Assembly: GCF_001194135.2 (NCBI RefSeq)
Contig: NC_068984.1
Location: forward strand, 118,852,150 to 118,904,988
Source of the DNA: Octopus bimaculoides
Lineage: Eukaryota
DNA length: 52,839 bases
Direction of reading: 5' to 3'
The notes under the pieces are model-generated. The model had not been told where the DNA came from, made no database searches, and saw nothing but the letters and a program-made list of their open reading frames with translations. This document shows positions 35,394-49,077 of this stretch, in pieces (within the stretch, counting starts at the first letter, position 1; every line of letters starts with the position of its first letter). Made by a program: the position numbers and the translations under genes.

Positions 35394-35679
35394 TTCTTTT
35401 ATTCTTTTACTTGTTTCAGTCAATTTGACTGCGGCCATGCAGAAGCACCGCCTTTAGTCGAATAAATCGACCCCAGAAATTATTCTTTGTAAGCCTAGTA
35501 CTTATTCTATCGATATCTTTGGCCGAACCGCTAAGTTACAGGGGTCATAAACACACCAACATCGGTTGCTAAGCGATGGTCGAGGGACAAACACAGACAC
35601 ACAAATACATATCTATCTATCTATCTATCTATCTGTCTTTCTGTCTGTCTGTCTATCTATCCATCCATCCATCCATCCA

Positions 35680-35747
<68 letters not shown>

Positions 35748-35808
35748 TACTCTTTTACTCTTTTACTTGTTTCAGTCATTTGACTGTGACCATGCTGGAG
35801 CACCGCCT
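35394..35808 (-). mobile_element. SINE A tail (35394-35600), a compound microsatellite, and a second short tail piece (35751-35808)
   Basis: cttttacttgtttcagtca.ttgactg.g.ccatgc.g.agcaccgccttt occurs twice. Confidence 0.8.
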
Positions 35809-35949
35809 TTATATATATCTATATAAACATACATACGACATCTTCTTTCAGAATTGGCCTGTCTCTATTCACCAATCTTGGTTGTTTAATTGCAAGTCCA
35901 AAGCTGTAGTGGATGGTACCAATACTGAACCACTATACAGACAGCATTA

Positions 35950-36690
35950 ATATTTATAGGTGGATATTCTTTTTTGGATTGTGTTTTAGCACTTTGTCTC
36001 TATCCCATTACTGTGCAGAACACTTGCTACTGTTGAAAAGAATTCATTTTTCAGCACACATAACAATACAATGCAACAATGGTTCACTTTCATGCCGTGA
36101 CAGCAAAGAACAGCAAGTTTCAAGACGTGTCATTTGATGCTTGTTCAGTTCGTGTGGTTCTCACTTGTCTAGCTTTTTTACCTTGCCAGTTTGTTTTAGA
36201 TGGTCCAATAAAGCTGGAATCAAAACATCAAACCTTGCAGCTAACTCAAGCGTAGTTTGAGATGTATCCGCTCCCACTACAGTTTCCAGCTCATCATCAT
36301 CCACCTTGGTCTCAGGTCTACCATGGGGCTGATTTTCAAGAGTAAAGTCACCAGACTGGAATCTCTCAAACCATCGATGTACAGTGTGCAAATTTTCCAC
36401 ATCTTCACCAAACACCTCATTGATGTTTTGAGCTGTCTGCGATGCACTGGTTTCACAATGGAACCAATGTCTGATTTTCTCGTGATTTTCTCGTGCACCA
36501 TCGGTTCACAAAAACTGATTTACAAGAGAAAACTCACAATATAATCAGACACCATGAATTGCATTTCGAAAAAAAAGATGATGTAACTCTTCAATGTTGT
36601 AAAACAAAGAATTGTCAGGATAAAACAGAGTTAATAACTGTCAAACTTGATGCATAAGAAAATTGGACATTTCATCCTTAATGACCTGCA
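35950..36690 (-). mobile_element. Mariner element, decayed 5' half
   Basis: FGEDVENLHTVHRWFERFQSGDFTLENQPHGRPETKVDDDEL...LLDHLKQTGKVKKLDK*EPHEL, a WVPHEL relic. Confidence 0.88.
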
Positions 36691-37700
36691 AAACACGGAG
36701 TAGATGGAACAGGGACAACTGACGAAGGGGTATACTCTTTATGTTGCATGTCTCGTTTCTCTGTTTTTTTCGTTGTTCGAAAAAAGTTCATTTTCTGTTT
36801 TAGTTTTTGTTTTCATTTCTCATTGTGTTGACGTTGTTTTGATGTCCTGTACCAATATATGCATGTATGTATACATATAGATGTAGGTATGTACATATAT
36901 GTATGGATATATGCATATATTTATATATTATTTATATTATGATATATATATATATATANNNNNNNNNNNNNNNNNNNNNNNNNNNNNNNNNNNNNNNNNN
37001 NNNNNNNNNNNNNNNNNNNNNNNNNNNNNNNNNNNNNNNNNNNNNNNNNNNNNNNNNNNNNNNNNNNNNNNNNNNNNNNNNNNNNNNNNNNNNNNNNNNN
37101 NNNNNNNNNNNNNNNNNNNNNNNNNNNNNNNNNNNNNNNNNNNNNNNNNNNNNNNNNNNNNNNNNNNNNNNNNNNNNNNNNNNNNNNNNNNNNNNNNNNN
37201 NNNNNNNNNNNNNNNNNNNNNNNNNNNNNNNNNNNNNNNNNNNNNNNNNNNNNNNNNNNNNNNNNNNNNNNNNNNNNNNNNNNNNNNNNNNNNNNNNNNN
37301 NNNNNNNNNNNNNNNNNNNNNNNNNNNNNNNNNNNNNNNNNNNNNNNNNNNNNNNNNNNNNNNNNNNNNNNNNNNNNNNNNNNNNNNNNNNNNNNNNNNN
37401 NNNNNNNNNNNNNNNNNNNNNNNNNNNNNNNNNNNNNNNNNNNNNNNNNNNNNNNNNNNNNNNNNNNNNNNNNNNNNNNNNNNNNNNNNNNNNNNNNNNN
37501 NNNNNNNNNNNNNNNNNNNNNNNNNNNNNNNNNNNNNNNNNNNNNNNNNNNNNNNNNNNNNNNNNNNNNNNNNNNNNNNNNNNNNNNNNNNNNNNNNNNN
37601 NNNNNNNNNNNNNNNNNNNNNNNNNNNNNNNNNNNNNNNNNNNNNNNNNNNNNNNNNNNNNNNNNNNNNNNNNNNNNNNNNNNNNNNNNNNNNNNNNNNN

Positions 37701-37903
37701 ATATATATTTGTGTGTATGTCTGTGTTTTTCCCCCACCCCCACCATTACCTGACAACAGATGTCGGTGTGTTTACATCCCTGTAACTTAGTGGTTCGGCA
37801 AAAAGACTGATAGAATAAGTCCTGGGGTCAATCTGTTCAACTAAAGACAGTGCTCCAGCATGGCTGCAGTCAAATGACAAACAAGTAAAAGAATAAAAAG
37901 AAT
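37701..37903 (+). mobile_element. SINE family A tail, next to a gap
   Basis: Homologous to 22164-22384. Confidence 0.85.
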
Positions 37904-39950
37904 ATATACATATATATATAAGTACTGTTCAGAGAAAATGGCAGTAGTCTTTATTGACAAAAGAAAATTCAGGGCAGTTTTTAAATTTAGACAAGTATGT
38001 ATGATGTATGCCATGGGACAGAATTCTGGTTTAAGCATCCCATATAGCCCCTTATAACTTATTTATTTTTGGGGAATTTTCAGAAAATTTTAGTGAATTT
38101 GTGTTCTACACACAGGAATTCAAATGATTATGCAAATAAAAAAAGCCTAAAAGCAAAAAAAGTTTTATGATTTAAGGGTTATTTTATCTGTTATTTTTAA
38201 CACATCTCTTAACCACCTGATACTCTCCTTCTTTGCTTGTCCCTTTGATGTATTGATATTTTCAATATCTTTTTCCCCATCAACACATTTAATGATCTAT
38301 TACTGGGATTTAATCCAAAAATTTGAACTGACCATATTTTCAAGTTTGATTTAAAAAAAGAAAACATTGGAAAAATTTAAAAAAATTTTTTTTTTCGTAA
38401 TTGCATGAATTCCCATGTGCAGATTAACAAATATGCAAAAATTTCCTGAAAATCCCTGCAAAATAAAAAAGGTATGAGGAGTTATATGAGGTACTTAAAG
38501 CAGAATTACCATGTGCCGTAGAAACTGGAGAATTCTGACGTTTGAGTAAAAGATAGATTGAGAGGTAGATAGTTATGCATATGAACCTATACACACACAG
38601 ACACACACACATATATGCATCCATATATATTTATTTTACATATATATATCTATATATATATATATATATTAAATTCAAATTACAATGAACAAACTAAGTT
38701 TGTTCAGAAGCGTTGAGATGTCTTAGAAAGTTACAGAAGTGATTTTAAATTCTCAAATACAAGATAACGCTAATAATATAGCCTGAACAGGATAAGCTAC
38801 CCCTATTTTGCAGAAAAAAGTGTTGGCAGCCGGCTATGATATATATATATATATATATATATACATACATATGTGTATGTATGTATATGTGTGTATATGA
38901 GTGGGTGAGTCTATATATCCCTAGACATGCATTTATATACATGTATATGTATCAAAGAAGTGCTATTTCAAAATGAGATAGCTTTACAATTTACCAATGT
39001 TTAGAATTCCATGTAAATTCATGTATATCTAAATTCCAATCAAGTATTAACTATAATTCATCCTCCGATTTTTCTTTTGGTACTATGTACATTTGAATAA
39101 CTTACAGAGTTGTTCTATACTGAGAGCCAGGATAGAACAGGACAGTCTTTTTAAGCATTTTGTTTTAATGATGACATCATAAATTATGATGTCATAATAA
39201 AGAAAACTTGAACTAACTCTCATTTTATTCTGCTTTCAAGGGATTTATACAATAGAAAATATAATCTCAAAGTGTTCATGGTGTTGTAGTTAGGATCTGA
39301 TCAAAGACTTTGCAATGAAAAAAAAGGAGAAAACTTTTCAAATATAAATGAAGTGGGGTCGCCAAAATCTTTCAAGTGCTTGGGGCCTCTGTGGACCTGC
39401 CTTTGGCCAAACAAAGCCTTGTGAGTGGATTTAATACCAAGGTAGATAGAAATTGAAAGAAGTCTGTTGTACATATATATGTACATGGATATATATACAT
39501 ATATATATATACATTATAGTGTGTGTGTGTGTGTGTGTGTGTATACACGTGTACATGTCTCTTTGTCTTGATACTGTGCAATAGTTGTAAAACAAGCTTT
39601 ACTGTCCTATAAGCAGTCTCATTTGTCTCAAGAAGCTTGTCCAGCCATGGGCAAATATTACCTTGCTTGGAAACAGGTGAACTTGGCAACAAGAAGAACA
39701 TTCAAACATAGAAAACTTGTCTCAAGAATTCCATCTGATCTTTGCAAGCATGGTAAAATGGATATTCAAACGATAATGGTGGTGGTGGAGGTGGTGGTGA
39801 TGATATGCATGCATGCATGTAAATATGTGTGTGTGTGTATGCACGTATATTCATGTATATGTATGTATGTATGTATTATGCATGCATGCATGTATGTATG
39901 TATGTATGTACATATGAAGGATATATGTGTGTGTATACATAATGTGTATA

Positions 39951-40338
39951 GCATAGGTATACCTGCATGATTAGACGTTTGCTTCCCGACCACATGGTTC
40001 TGGGTTCAGTCTCACTGCATGGCACCTTGGGTAAGTGTCTTCCACTATAGCTTTAGACTGACCAAAGCCTAATGAGTGGATTTGGGAGATGGAAACTGAA
40101 AGAAGCCCACCATGTATGTGTGTATGTGTGTGTCTTTATGTCCCTATTTGTCCCACACCACTGCTTGGCAACAAGTCTTGGTGCGTCTACATCCCCTTAA
40201 CTTAGCAGTTCGGCAACAAGAACTGATAGAATAAGAACCAGGCTTTAAAAAAGGACTCGGGTTGATTCCTTTAGCTAAAATTCTTCAAGGCAGTGCCCAA
40301 GCATGGCCGCAGTCAAATGGCTGAAACAAGTAAGAGAC
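39951..40338 (+). mobile_element. SINE family A, uninterrupted full copy with a short internal microsatellite
   Basis: Head, ~30 bp of (TG/TATG) and tail are contiguous over ~390 bp. Confidence 0.85.
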
Positions 40339-40429
40339 AAAAGTTGTGTATATGCATACATGTATGTATGTATGTATGTATATATGTATGTATGTATGTA
40401 TGCATGCATGCATGCATGTATGTATGTAT

Positions 40430-40501
40430 GTATGTATGCCTCTATACATGCATGTATGTATGCCTCTATACATGCATGTATGTATGCCTCTATACATGCA
40501 T
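40430..40501. repeat. 24-bp unit x3 (gtatgtatgcctctatacatgcat) inside a (TATG)n tract
   Basis: Three exact copies. Confidence 0.92.
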
Positions 40502-40981
40502 GTATGTATATGCTGGATTAGGATAACAAAACAAATCCGTACATCAAATTTGAAAAATACCTAGTGGTATTAAGATCCACTTTAGCTACATCCCTTTCTA
40601 CTCCTTTATCCCAAGATCAATAAAGTACATACCAGACAAAAGTACTGGGATCAATATATATGACTAAAACACTTATAGGCCATGAGTAAAGGCAAAGCAA
40701 ATGAATAACGAAGAATTAATTGCTGTGGCATATTAGTAACATGGAGTATAGGAGACACAATGTCTTTTGTTTTACAAGCTAGTCTATTGAACATGGAAGT
40801 TCACACTTTACTAGAACCGTTGTGTTGTGTCCCTGAACAAAGCCTGGCTAATGACAAACAGGTCCCACACCTACTTCAGCTGAATCTTGATGTAGAAGCT
40901 ATTGTGCTAACGAATGAATGAAGCTGGCCCACTTATGCAAATTGAAAATCGCGCTGGTGCATGTGTGTGTGCGTGTGTGTG

Positions 40982-41020
<39 letters not shown>

Positions 41021-41258
41021 TGGCAGCGTGGAAAATGGACATTAAAGGATGATGATGATGATGATGTCACACACATACACACACCCACACACACACATGC
41101 ACACACATGCACACATACACATATACACACACATACACATGTACACATATACACACACATGCACACACATACACACACATACATACATACATACATACAT
41201 ACATACATACGTACGTACGTACATACATACATACAGGTAGATAGATAGATAGATAGAG

Positions 41259-41301
<43 letters not shown>

Positions 41302-42107
41302 CATACACATATATGCATATACATGTACATATATACATATACACATATATAAATACATGTAAATTGTGTGTGTATGTGTAATTATGTATGTAATATACAT
41401 GTATGCATGTATATGTATATATGTGTGTATTTACATATGTGTCAATATATGTATATGTGTTTATATGTGTATATATGAATGTATATGTATCTATATGAAT
41501 GTATGTGTGTGTATACATGTGAATATGTGTGTATGTTTGTGTGTGTCACATTTATTCTCATTATCATAAATATTTAAACATCTGGGGGTATTTTTCAATG
41601 GATCATGCATGCTTCATTTCTCTCTAACCTCTACCAATCTTCGACATTCAATATTTATATCTCATGGCATATGCTTCATAGAGTTCCTCACATTTTTAAA
41701 TATTTATTTTTCTTTTGGCACAGAGAGAAACAACAACATCTGTTATTGACAACAGAGCAGAGAATTCTCTATACTGCTGCGATCTCCTTACCCCTCGGTA
41801 CTCCAACCTCCTTACGTTCAACTACCAGGCTGAAGACCAGTACCAGGCTGTGGATCATTTGGTACCAAGTCACGCAAAAGGAATAAATCTTAAAATTTTT
41901 TTTTCTATCTTATTGGTTATTGTAATCTGCAGGGTGTTAAGAAATTTGCTTCCCAACCACATGGTTCTGAGTTCAGTCTTACTGTATGATACCTTGGACA
42001 AGTGTCCTCTATTATAGTTGCAAACTGACTAAAGCCTAGTGAGTGGATTCAGTAGACAGAAACTGAATGAATGTCATCATATATATGTATGTATATATGT
42101 ATGTATG

Positions 42108-42341
42108 TTATTTCTTTACTGCCAACAAGGGGCTAAACATAAAGGGGACAAACAAGGACAGACAAATGGATTAAGTCGATTATATCGACCCCAGTGCCTA
42201 ACTGGTACTTATTTAATCGACACCGAAAGGATGAAAGGCTAAGTTGACCTCGGCGGAATTTGAACTCAGAACGTAGCGGCAGACGAAATACCGCTAAGCA
42301 TTTCGCCCGGTGTGCTTATGTTTCTGCCAGCTAGCCACCTT
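42108..42341 (-). mobile_element. SINE family B, full length, flanked by (TATG)n
   Basis: Highly similar to 3045-3279. A SINE A head lies just upstream at 41930-42080. Confidence 0.92.
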
Positions 42342-43146
42342 ATGTATGTATGTATGTATGTATGTATGTATGTATGTATGTATGTATGTATGTATGTATG
42401 TACATACATACGTACATATGTACGTATGCTTTTAGCCGTTCAAAATCTTCTTGCCGTCAAACATTGAATCATGCAACTAAAAATTTTCCCCATTGGCTGT
42501 TTTTACACAGTTTTCAGGCATAATAAGATTTTGAGCTCATGATGGCAACAGTAAATGGTTCCTTTTCTTCTGTTTATAGCATCTTACATCTCATCAAAGG
42601 ATATGGAGGGAAGGTATTTTTGTAGCTCTCTCTTCCAATATAGATTTACAAGCTTCAGCAATTATTTGTAGTGTACTCTCTTCAGTTTCAGTTGCACATT
42701 TTTTTATTTCTTAAAACACTTTTGCCGCGTCACACTTTGGGGTATCTGGTGAGTGTGTGTGTGTGACTGTGTAAATGTTTGATAATCTCACCTTGCCACA
42801 TTTTTACCTTTGCTTTACATGATGCCTTAGACCTCTGTCATTCACAGTCGTAACATACCATCCCATTTGCCAAATCTTTCTGCTTGACATAAGTATATCC
42901 CTCATGAAATAATTTCAACTTCCCTTTGTTACTCTTTACTCTATCTTCTATGGGTGGAAGTTAAATGGTTTTATAAAAAAAAAAGGTTTTTCACCACCCT
43001 AAGGACAACTACATAAACCATAAAAAAATAAATAAAACCAGCAAACAACTGTACTACTATTTTAATAAGAGGTTTGTAACGAACAAAGTAATTCATCAAT
43101 TCATCAATGTACCTGTGGTGTAATTTTGATCAAGGGACCCTGTCTC

Positions 43147-43935
43147 CATGTCAACAAAAGCCAAGTACAGAGGTTTATATTTGGCTAGGAATTTCTCCTG
43201 CAGCTTTCTTACCAGAAATATAGCATCAGTAGTGCTTCTCACTGGCACAAACCCAAACTGCTTCTCATCTAAACTAACTCACTCCTTAATTATTTGGACT
43301 AGGACCCTATCCATTACTGTCATCACCTGATTCGACAATTTGAAACCTCTGTAATCATTTCTATCAAACGCATCACTTTTACCTTTGTAGCAGTGTACTA
43401 CGGTGTTGCTACACCAGTCATTGGGTTTGTTAATGATGGGCCCTTGACTGCTAGAGATAGCAGTCAAGGGCCTTTGTGTATCACCTGGTTAACTATACTG
43501 GTGACTAGACTGTAGCCTACACCACCAGATATTTTAAGCATCTCAGGGGTGATTCCTGATGGTCCAGGTGCTTTCTCTATCTGGGAGCTTTCCCTGTCCA
43601 GGGGCTTTCCCTGTCTTTGTATCCTTAATTGCTTTATCTACCAAGTTACTGTCAATTTGGATAGCTGAGACTCTCATTCTCTCATTCATTCTCTTCATTT
43701 AGCAACCTTTCATAGTGGTGTCTCCAAGTCTCTCTCTTTACAGCATCATTAAATGCAACTTAGCCATCATCCATGCAAACACATTTGTCTCCTATGACTT
43801 TGCGATTTTCTCTCACACACTCTCTTGCAATTAGAAACACTTCAAGTCTCTGGTCCTCACCCACAGAACATTGGCAAATTTCTTCTTATCTGCTTCCCCT
43901 CGGTCCATAAGGATTTCATGATGCTTTGACTTCAC
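43147..43935 (-). mobile_element. RTE LINE ORF2 internal fragment (pre-RT and RT N-terminal motifs)
   Basis: VVHCYKGKSDAFDRNDYRGFKLSNQVMTVMDRVLVQIIKE*VSLDEKQFGFVPVRSTTDAIFLVRKLQEKFLAKYKPLYLAFVD. Confidence 0.88.
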
Positions 43936-43974
43936 AAACTTCATTACAGAGTACAGTGATTCACAGCAGCATGT

Positions 43975-45205
43975 TGTGCTAAAAATTGAGATGAGTCACA
44001 CACTAGTTTTCTCCAGTTTAGGATATTTTATTTCTGGAACTAGTTTTCAGAACTTAGTTGTAGATTGGGATTTATGGATCATCTTTAGACCTCCTGTAAT
44101 TCCATCAGTTCCATTTCCACAGTAGATGATTCTGTAACCAGAGGTTTGAAAATTGGACATCCATCATTTACCACATCAATCATAAATGGATTTACAAGCA
44201 GGACCTCAGCTTCCACAAGTCATCAAGCCTGGCTAGGAAATTATCAAACAGTCCTAGTAATTTATCTTTGTATTCCTCCAGTTTGTGGTCTTTTATTTCA
44301 ATATTAAGGAATGTATTTACTCTCCCACTGAGACTGGGAAGTTTCTTGACAATATGTCTCTTTGAAAATCTCATATTTTATTCTGAAAGCTGAAAATTGT
44401 CTGAGTAAGATCAGAAACAATCTTATTATTCCCCTAGAGTGCCAAGTTGAGAGTTTGTAGATGATACATTATATCAGTAAGGAACATAAGATCTTGCATC
44501 TCTTCATCATTTTCCAGTTGAGGATAGGATCTTTTCTTTTCTTTAAGAAAAGTAATAATAATAGGCTGCAACAGATCAACAAACCTATGTAAAACATTGC
44601 TGGTTGACAGCCACTTCACAATGCAGTAGAAAGAGATATCACTGCATTTATCTTCAAGCTCCAGTTCTCCAATAAAATTTTTTAACTGTCTTCCCATCTA
44701 AGTGTATGAAATTGAATATTCCAAGGACAGATTTCATAACATCTTCATACCTGAAGTATGCCAGGTGTTCACAATGAATAATGCAATGCACAGGGAGAAA
44801 CTCTGGAAAATTAGGATCATTTTTCATAAGTGCAATTAACCCTACATATTTTCCCACCATTGCAGGTGTTTCATCTGTTGCAACACTGATGAGTTTATTC
44901 AGTGGAACATCAGCATTTGTTAAGGTTCTGTCAAACACCACGAGTTGTTTCTTTTAATGCCACTAAGTCCAACATCTCTTTTTTTCACAGTTACATCAGA
45001 GGAAACATAACAAATAAACACTGTATGTCTATTGATTCATCAAGAGCTAAGTTGAATGCAAGAGAATTCTTTAAATCATTTTTGTGTATTTTGCCTGCAA
45101 CATCAGCACTGATCTGAGAGATATACCTCACTGTAGTGTGACGTGAAACCGGTGTATGTGCTATTAGTCATTGAAGTCTTGTGTTATTTGGATGCAACAC
45201 TGCAA
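43975..45205 (-). mobile_element. hAT superfamily (Charlie/SPIN, GTF2IRD2/EPM2AIP1-like) transposase fossil
   Basis: NLALDESIDI, LISVATDETPAMVG, PVHCIIHCEHL, VKWLSTSNVLHRF and DLMFLTDIMYHLQTLNLAL, spread over several frames. No termini were recognised. Confidence 0.85.
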
Positions 45206-45264
45206 CAACTTCAGCTATATATATATGTATGTATGCATGTGTGTGTATGTATATATATATATAT

Positions 45265-45496
45265 ATCATCATCATCATCATCATCGTTTAACGTCCGCTT
45301 TCCATGCTAGCATGGGTTGGACAATTTGACTGAGGACTGGTGAAACCGGATGGCAACACCAGGCTCCAATCTAATTTGGCAGAGTTTCTACAGCTGGATG
45401 CCCTTCCTAACGCCAACCACTCAGAGAGTGTAATGGGTGCTTTTACGTGTCACCCGCACGAAAGCGACCACGCTCGAAATGGTGTCTTTTATGTGC

Positions 45497-45555
<59 letters not shown>

Positions 45556-45725
45556 CATACATCATCATATTCATTATCATTTAACATCCACCTTCCATGC
45601 TGGCATGGGTTGGAGGGTTTGATAGGAGCCAGCCAGGCAGGAGCCTACACCAGACATCTGTGTCTGTTTTGGCACAGTTTTTACTGCTGGATGCTCTTCC
45701 TAACACCAACCACCCAGCAGAGTGG
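45265..45725 (-). mobile_element. Two RTE 3' tails in tandem, separated by (TA)n
   Basis: 45265-45498 is nearly identical to 22887-23120. 45560-45725 is an older copy. Confidence 0.85.
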
Positions 45726-46097
45726 ACACAGTCCCAGTAGATATATACATACAGGGTGCAATAGATAAATTGTCACCATTATATAAACTTTATTTTGCAC
45801 ATGTGCATTGTTTGTTTTTCATTTTGTCGACTACACAGTATAGTAAGGTCATTTGGGCACTGTCTGTGAGAAAAACAGCACCATGACACATTTGTGATAT
45901 ATATGATATGATGGATTCTCTTGTGATACGATATGATGGATTTTGTATAGAGTTACCCAAGGTTTCGCACCCACAAAGCCAAACCTCTTTTAGTTGCATA
46001 CCCAACATAGAAAACATTTTATCAAGTACCCACAATACAAACTTATGACAGAATAAGATCCAGAGGTGATGCAGTACAATTGTTTCAAGCGACTCCA

Positions 46098-46310
46098 TTT
46101 AATTAAATGCAGTCTTGAAATACTAAATTTATTTAATAAAATCGCCATTGGCTTCAACCACAGCTTCCAGATGACTTCAAAATCTCCTGCAACTCTTCTG
46201 GATAGTCTTCTTGTTTAAGTTGGTGAATGCTGCCATAATCCTTGCCTTCAGTTCAAAGAGTTTTGTTGGTTTCTTACTCAACTGTGCCCACACGTAATAA
46301 TAATCACCTC
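46098..46310 (-). mobile_element. Second DD37D transposon 3' fragment
   Basis: DYYYVWAQLSKKPTKLFELKARIMAAFTNLNKKTIQKSCRRF..HLEAVVEANGDFIK*, homologous to 3291-3470. A Tc1-like end tacagggtg lies near 45749. Confidence 0.8.
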
Positions 46311-46567
46311 TGGATATCCTGTTGCTTACATACACATATACATACAAAGAGAGGGGGAAAAGAAGAGAGCTGGTTGAGCAAGTTCCAACCATAAGACAGA
46401 AGAGAAGGAGTACTCAATACTAAAAACAAAGTTAAAAGATTTTATAATTACAGTATGGAATCAATCAAAATGTATTTCTCAGATGAACTCAAAGTAATAT
46501 AATTTAATTGATTTCTATAATGGACCGACACACACACATGTGTGTGTGTATATATGTATGTATGTAT

Positions 46568-46622
<55 letters not shown>

Positions 46623-48666
46623 TATGTGTGTGTGTATGTATATATATATATGTATACACACACACACATATATATATGTATATATATATATATATATATG
46701 TATGTGCTTGTGATGTGTGTGTATAATATGCATACACATACACATATATGTTTATTACAAATTGTTTAGAGTATCATGTAACTGGATTTTTTGGACTTCA
46801 TGTACAAATTTTTTTCTGTGATGTTCAAAAATGCACTAACATTTATTCACTATAACCTTTATTGATCAGCAATCAATATATACCCATTTCTTCCTTTTCT
46901 TCTTTTTTGTTGCAGCTTCACAGTGAATTTTCAAGTGTTATCAGAGAATAAAAATACACAGGAATTTTTAAATAAATGAATGAATGAATGAATAAAAAAC
47001 ATTAATTAAAAGAGAAGGCTTGTTTTTACTTTACTATTTTCTTTACTTCTTTCATGATAATAGTTTTACATTGTCAAAGAAATTTAAACAATTATTAACA
47101 TTTATAAAATATAAATATATATAAAATATAGGCAGATTTATTTGTATGTATATATATGTATTTTTGAAAGTGTATATGTCTTCAAAAGCATCAGCAATGG
47201 GATAATTGCATTGTGTTTTTATGAAGCCAGTTTTAAGAGGGTTGCAAAGTACCAGAGTAATATACTAACACACAGCCAATATTAGGAATCAATTAAGTTT
47301 CAACCAATAACAATAAGTAACCACCTTCAAATGTTAAGAAGAGAAATGCTGTTTGGTTTAACCCTCCATACAATATTTATGTAAAAAAGAAAAAAGCAAC
47401 TTTGTAAAACATTTTTTTCTATTTATACCTGATCAGAATATATTTTCAAACAAGAGCAACAAAAAATATAAAGGTGAACAAAAGCTGTGTGTAGAATATG
47501 TCAAATTTTGTTAGTTACCCCAATGAAGAATATTGTAAACAAACCAAGTATGAAAAGAGATGGCATACTTTGCCAAAATATAGAATTCTGTTTACTAGAA
47601 GACAAATGACTAGATTAAGATTAAAACATTGTAAACCATGCTCATACATCAACAGCCTTTTCAAATTATATTTGGTAATTGTAAGTTAAAGGAATAATTT
47701 CCAGCATTTCATTATCAATGCTAGATAAGGCACCAGGATTAAAGAATTTATCAAAGTACAGCAACCTCTGTCTTGCAGAGAAACTTCATATCTTTTGTCA
47801 CTCTTCTCCAAGCCTAAATAAAAGAAAGAACTTATTTTGGCCCAAATTCCTTTAAAGTAGATCTTCCTCTAGCAAGATCATTAATAATTGATCTAAGAGA
47901 TCAGATTGAATGCAATTTAAACTTCAGTCACTAACTGTCACTTCTTTTTCGTCCACTGTTGTGCACAGTCAACAAAATAACCAATGGAATGAAACTTTGG
48001 TTTAGATATTTAATTCACTGTATTTTATATATATCAAACATATATAAGACTCTATATATTTCTGAGAAAAGGGTGTATGGGGTATTTTAAAAATTTTGCA
48101 ACACAAAATTAACAAAAATAATATCAGAGATGTATGTGTGTGTATATGTACATGTGTGTGTGTGACTGTACGTGTACCTGTATTCAGAATTTTTTATACC
48201 TCGTTCTCCTCACTATCATTACTTCCTCTCCTCTCATTCTGTTCATGCTACCTTAATCCATCACATTCATATTCATGCAATTTCTTCTGTTCACCCACCC
48301 GGTCATGCCTGCTTTGAATTGAACAGGCTCAGCTTGAAGTAGAGAAAACTCTTTAGTCTTTCAGAGGACAAAGCAATTATTCTAGAGCTGGTGTTACAAT
48401 CAAATGCACTCAGAAAAACTCTGTAGAGTGGTTGGCAAATTCACATGGAGAGAGTTTACGGTCTTGTTGAGAACATGACAACTTCTCTGTTGATGGTGTC
48501 ATAAAATGCATGTGGTACACTCTACAAAGTGATTCATGCTAGGAAGTGCATCCTGCCATACATATGATGCCAAATCAAACGTCCAAGTGGGGTAAGGAGG
48601 TCTGCAACTTCAAATAAGAGCCACCTTCCCAGCAAAGTAAATGAATGTAAAATGATGATGACAATA

Positions 48667-49077
48667 AGGAGGAGGAGGAGGAGGAGGAGGNNNNNNNNNN
48701 NNNNNNNNNNNNNNNNNNNNNNNNNNNNNNNNNNNNNNNNNNNNNNNNNNNNNNNNNNNNNNNNNNNNNNNNNNNNNNNNNNNNNNNNNNNNNNNNNNNN
48801 NNNNNNNNNNNNNNNNNNNNNNNNNNNNNNNNNNNNNNNNNNNNNNNNNNNNNNNNNNNNNNNNNNNNNNNNNNNNNNNNNNNNNNNNNNNNNNNNNNNN
48901 NNNNNNNNNNNNNNNNNNNNNNNNNNNNNNNNNNNNNNNNNNNNNNNNNNNNNNNNNNNNNNNNNNNNNNNNNNNNNNNNNNNNNNNNNNNNNNNNNNNN
49001 NNNNNNNAAGGAGAAGGAGGAGGAGAAGGAGAAGGAGGAGGAGAAGGAGAAGGAGGAGGAGAAGGAGAAGGAGGAGG
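48667..49077. repeat. Purine-rich (GAG)n/(GGAGAA) repeat spanning a gap
   Basis: Read directly from the sequence. Confidence 0.9.

Noticed and set aside
36719-36745. CUGACGA-A-GGGG-UAUA-CUCU hammerhead-like start
   Set aside because: No GAAA follows the stem, so the core is incomplete. It may still be a Penelope-related relic.
38510-38534. 25-nt possible minus-strand exon (ILQFLRHM)
   Set aside because: The acceptor is modest, the strand is opposite to the other candidates, and such matches are expected by chance.
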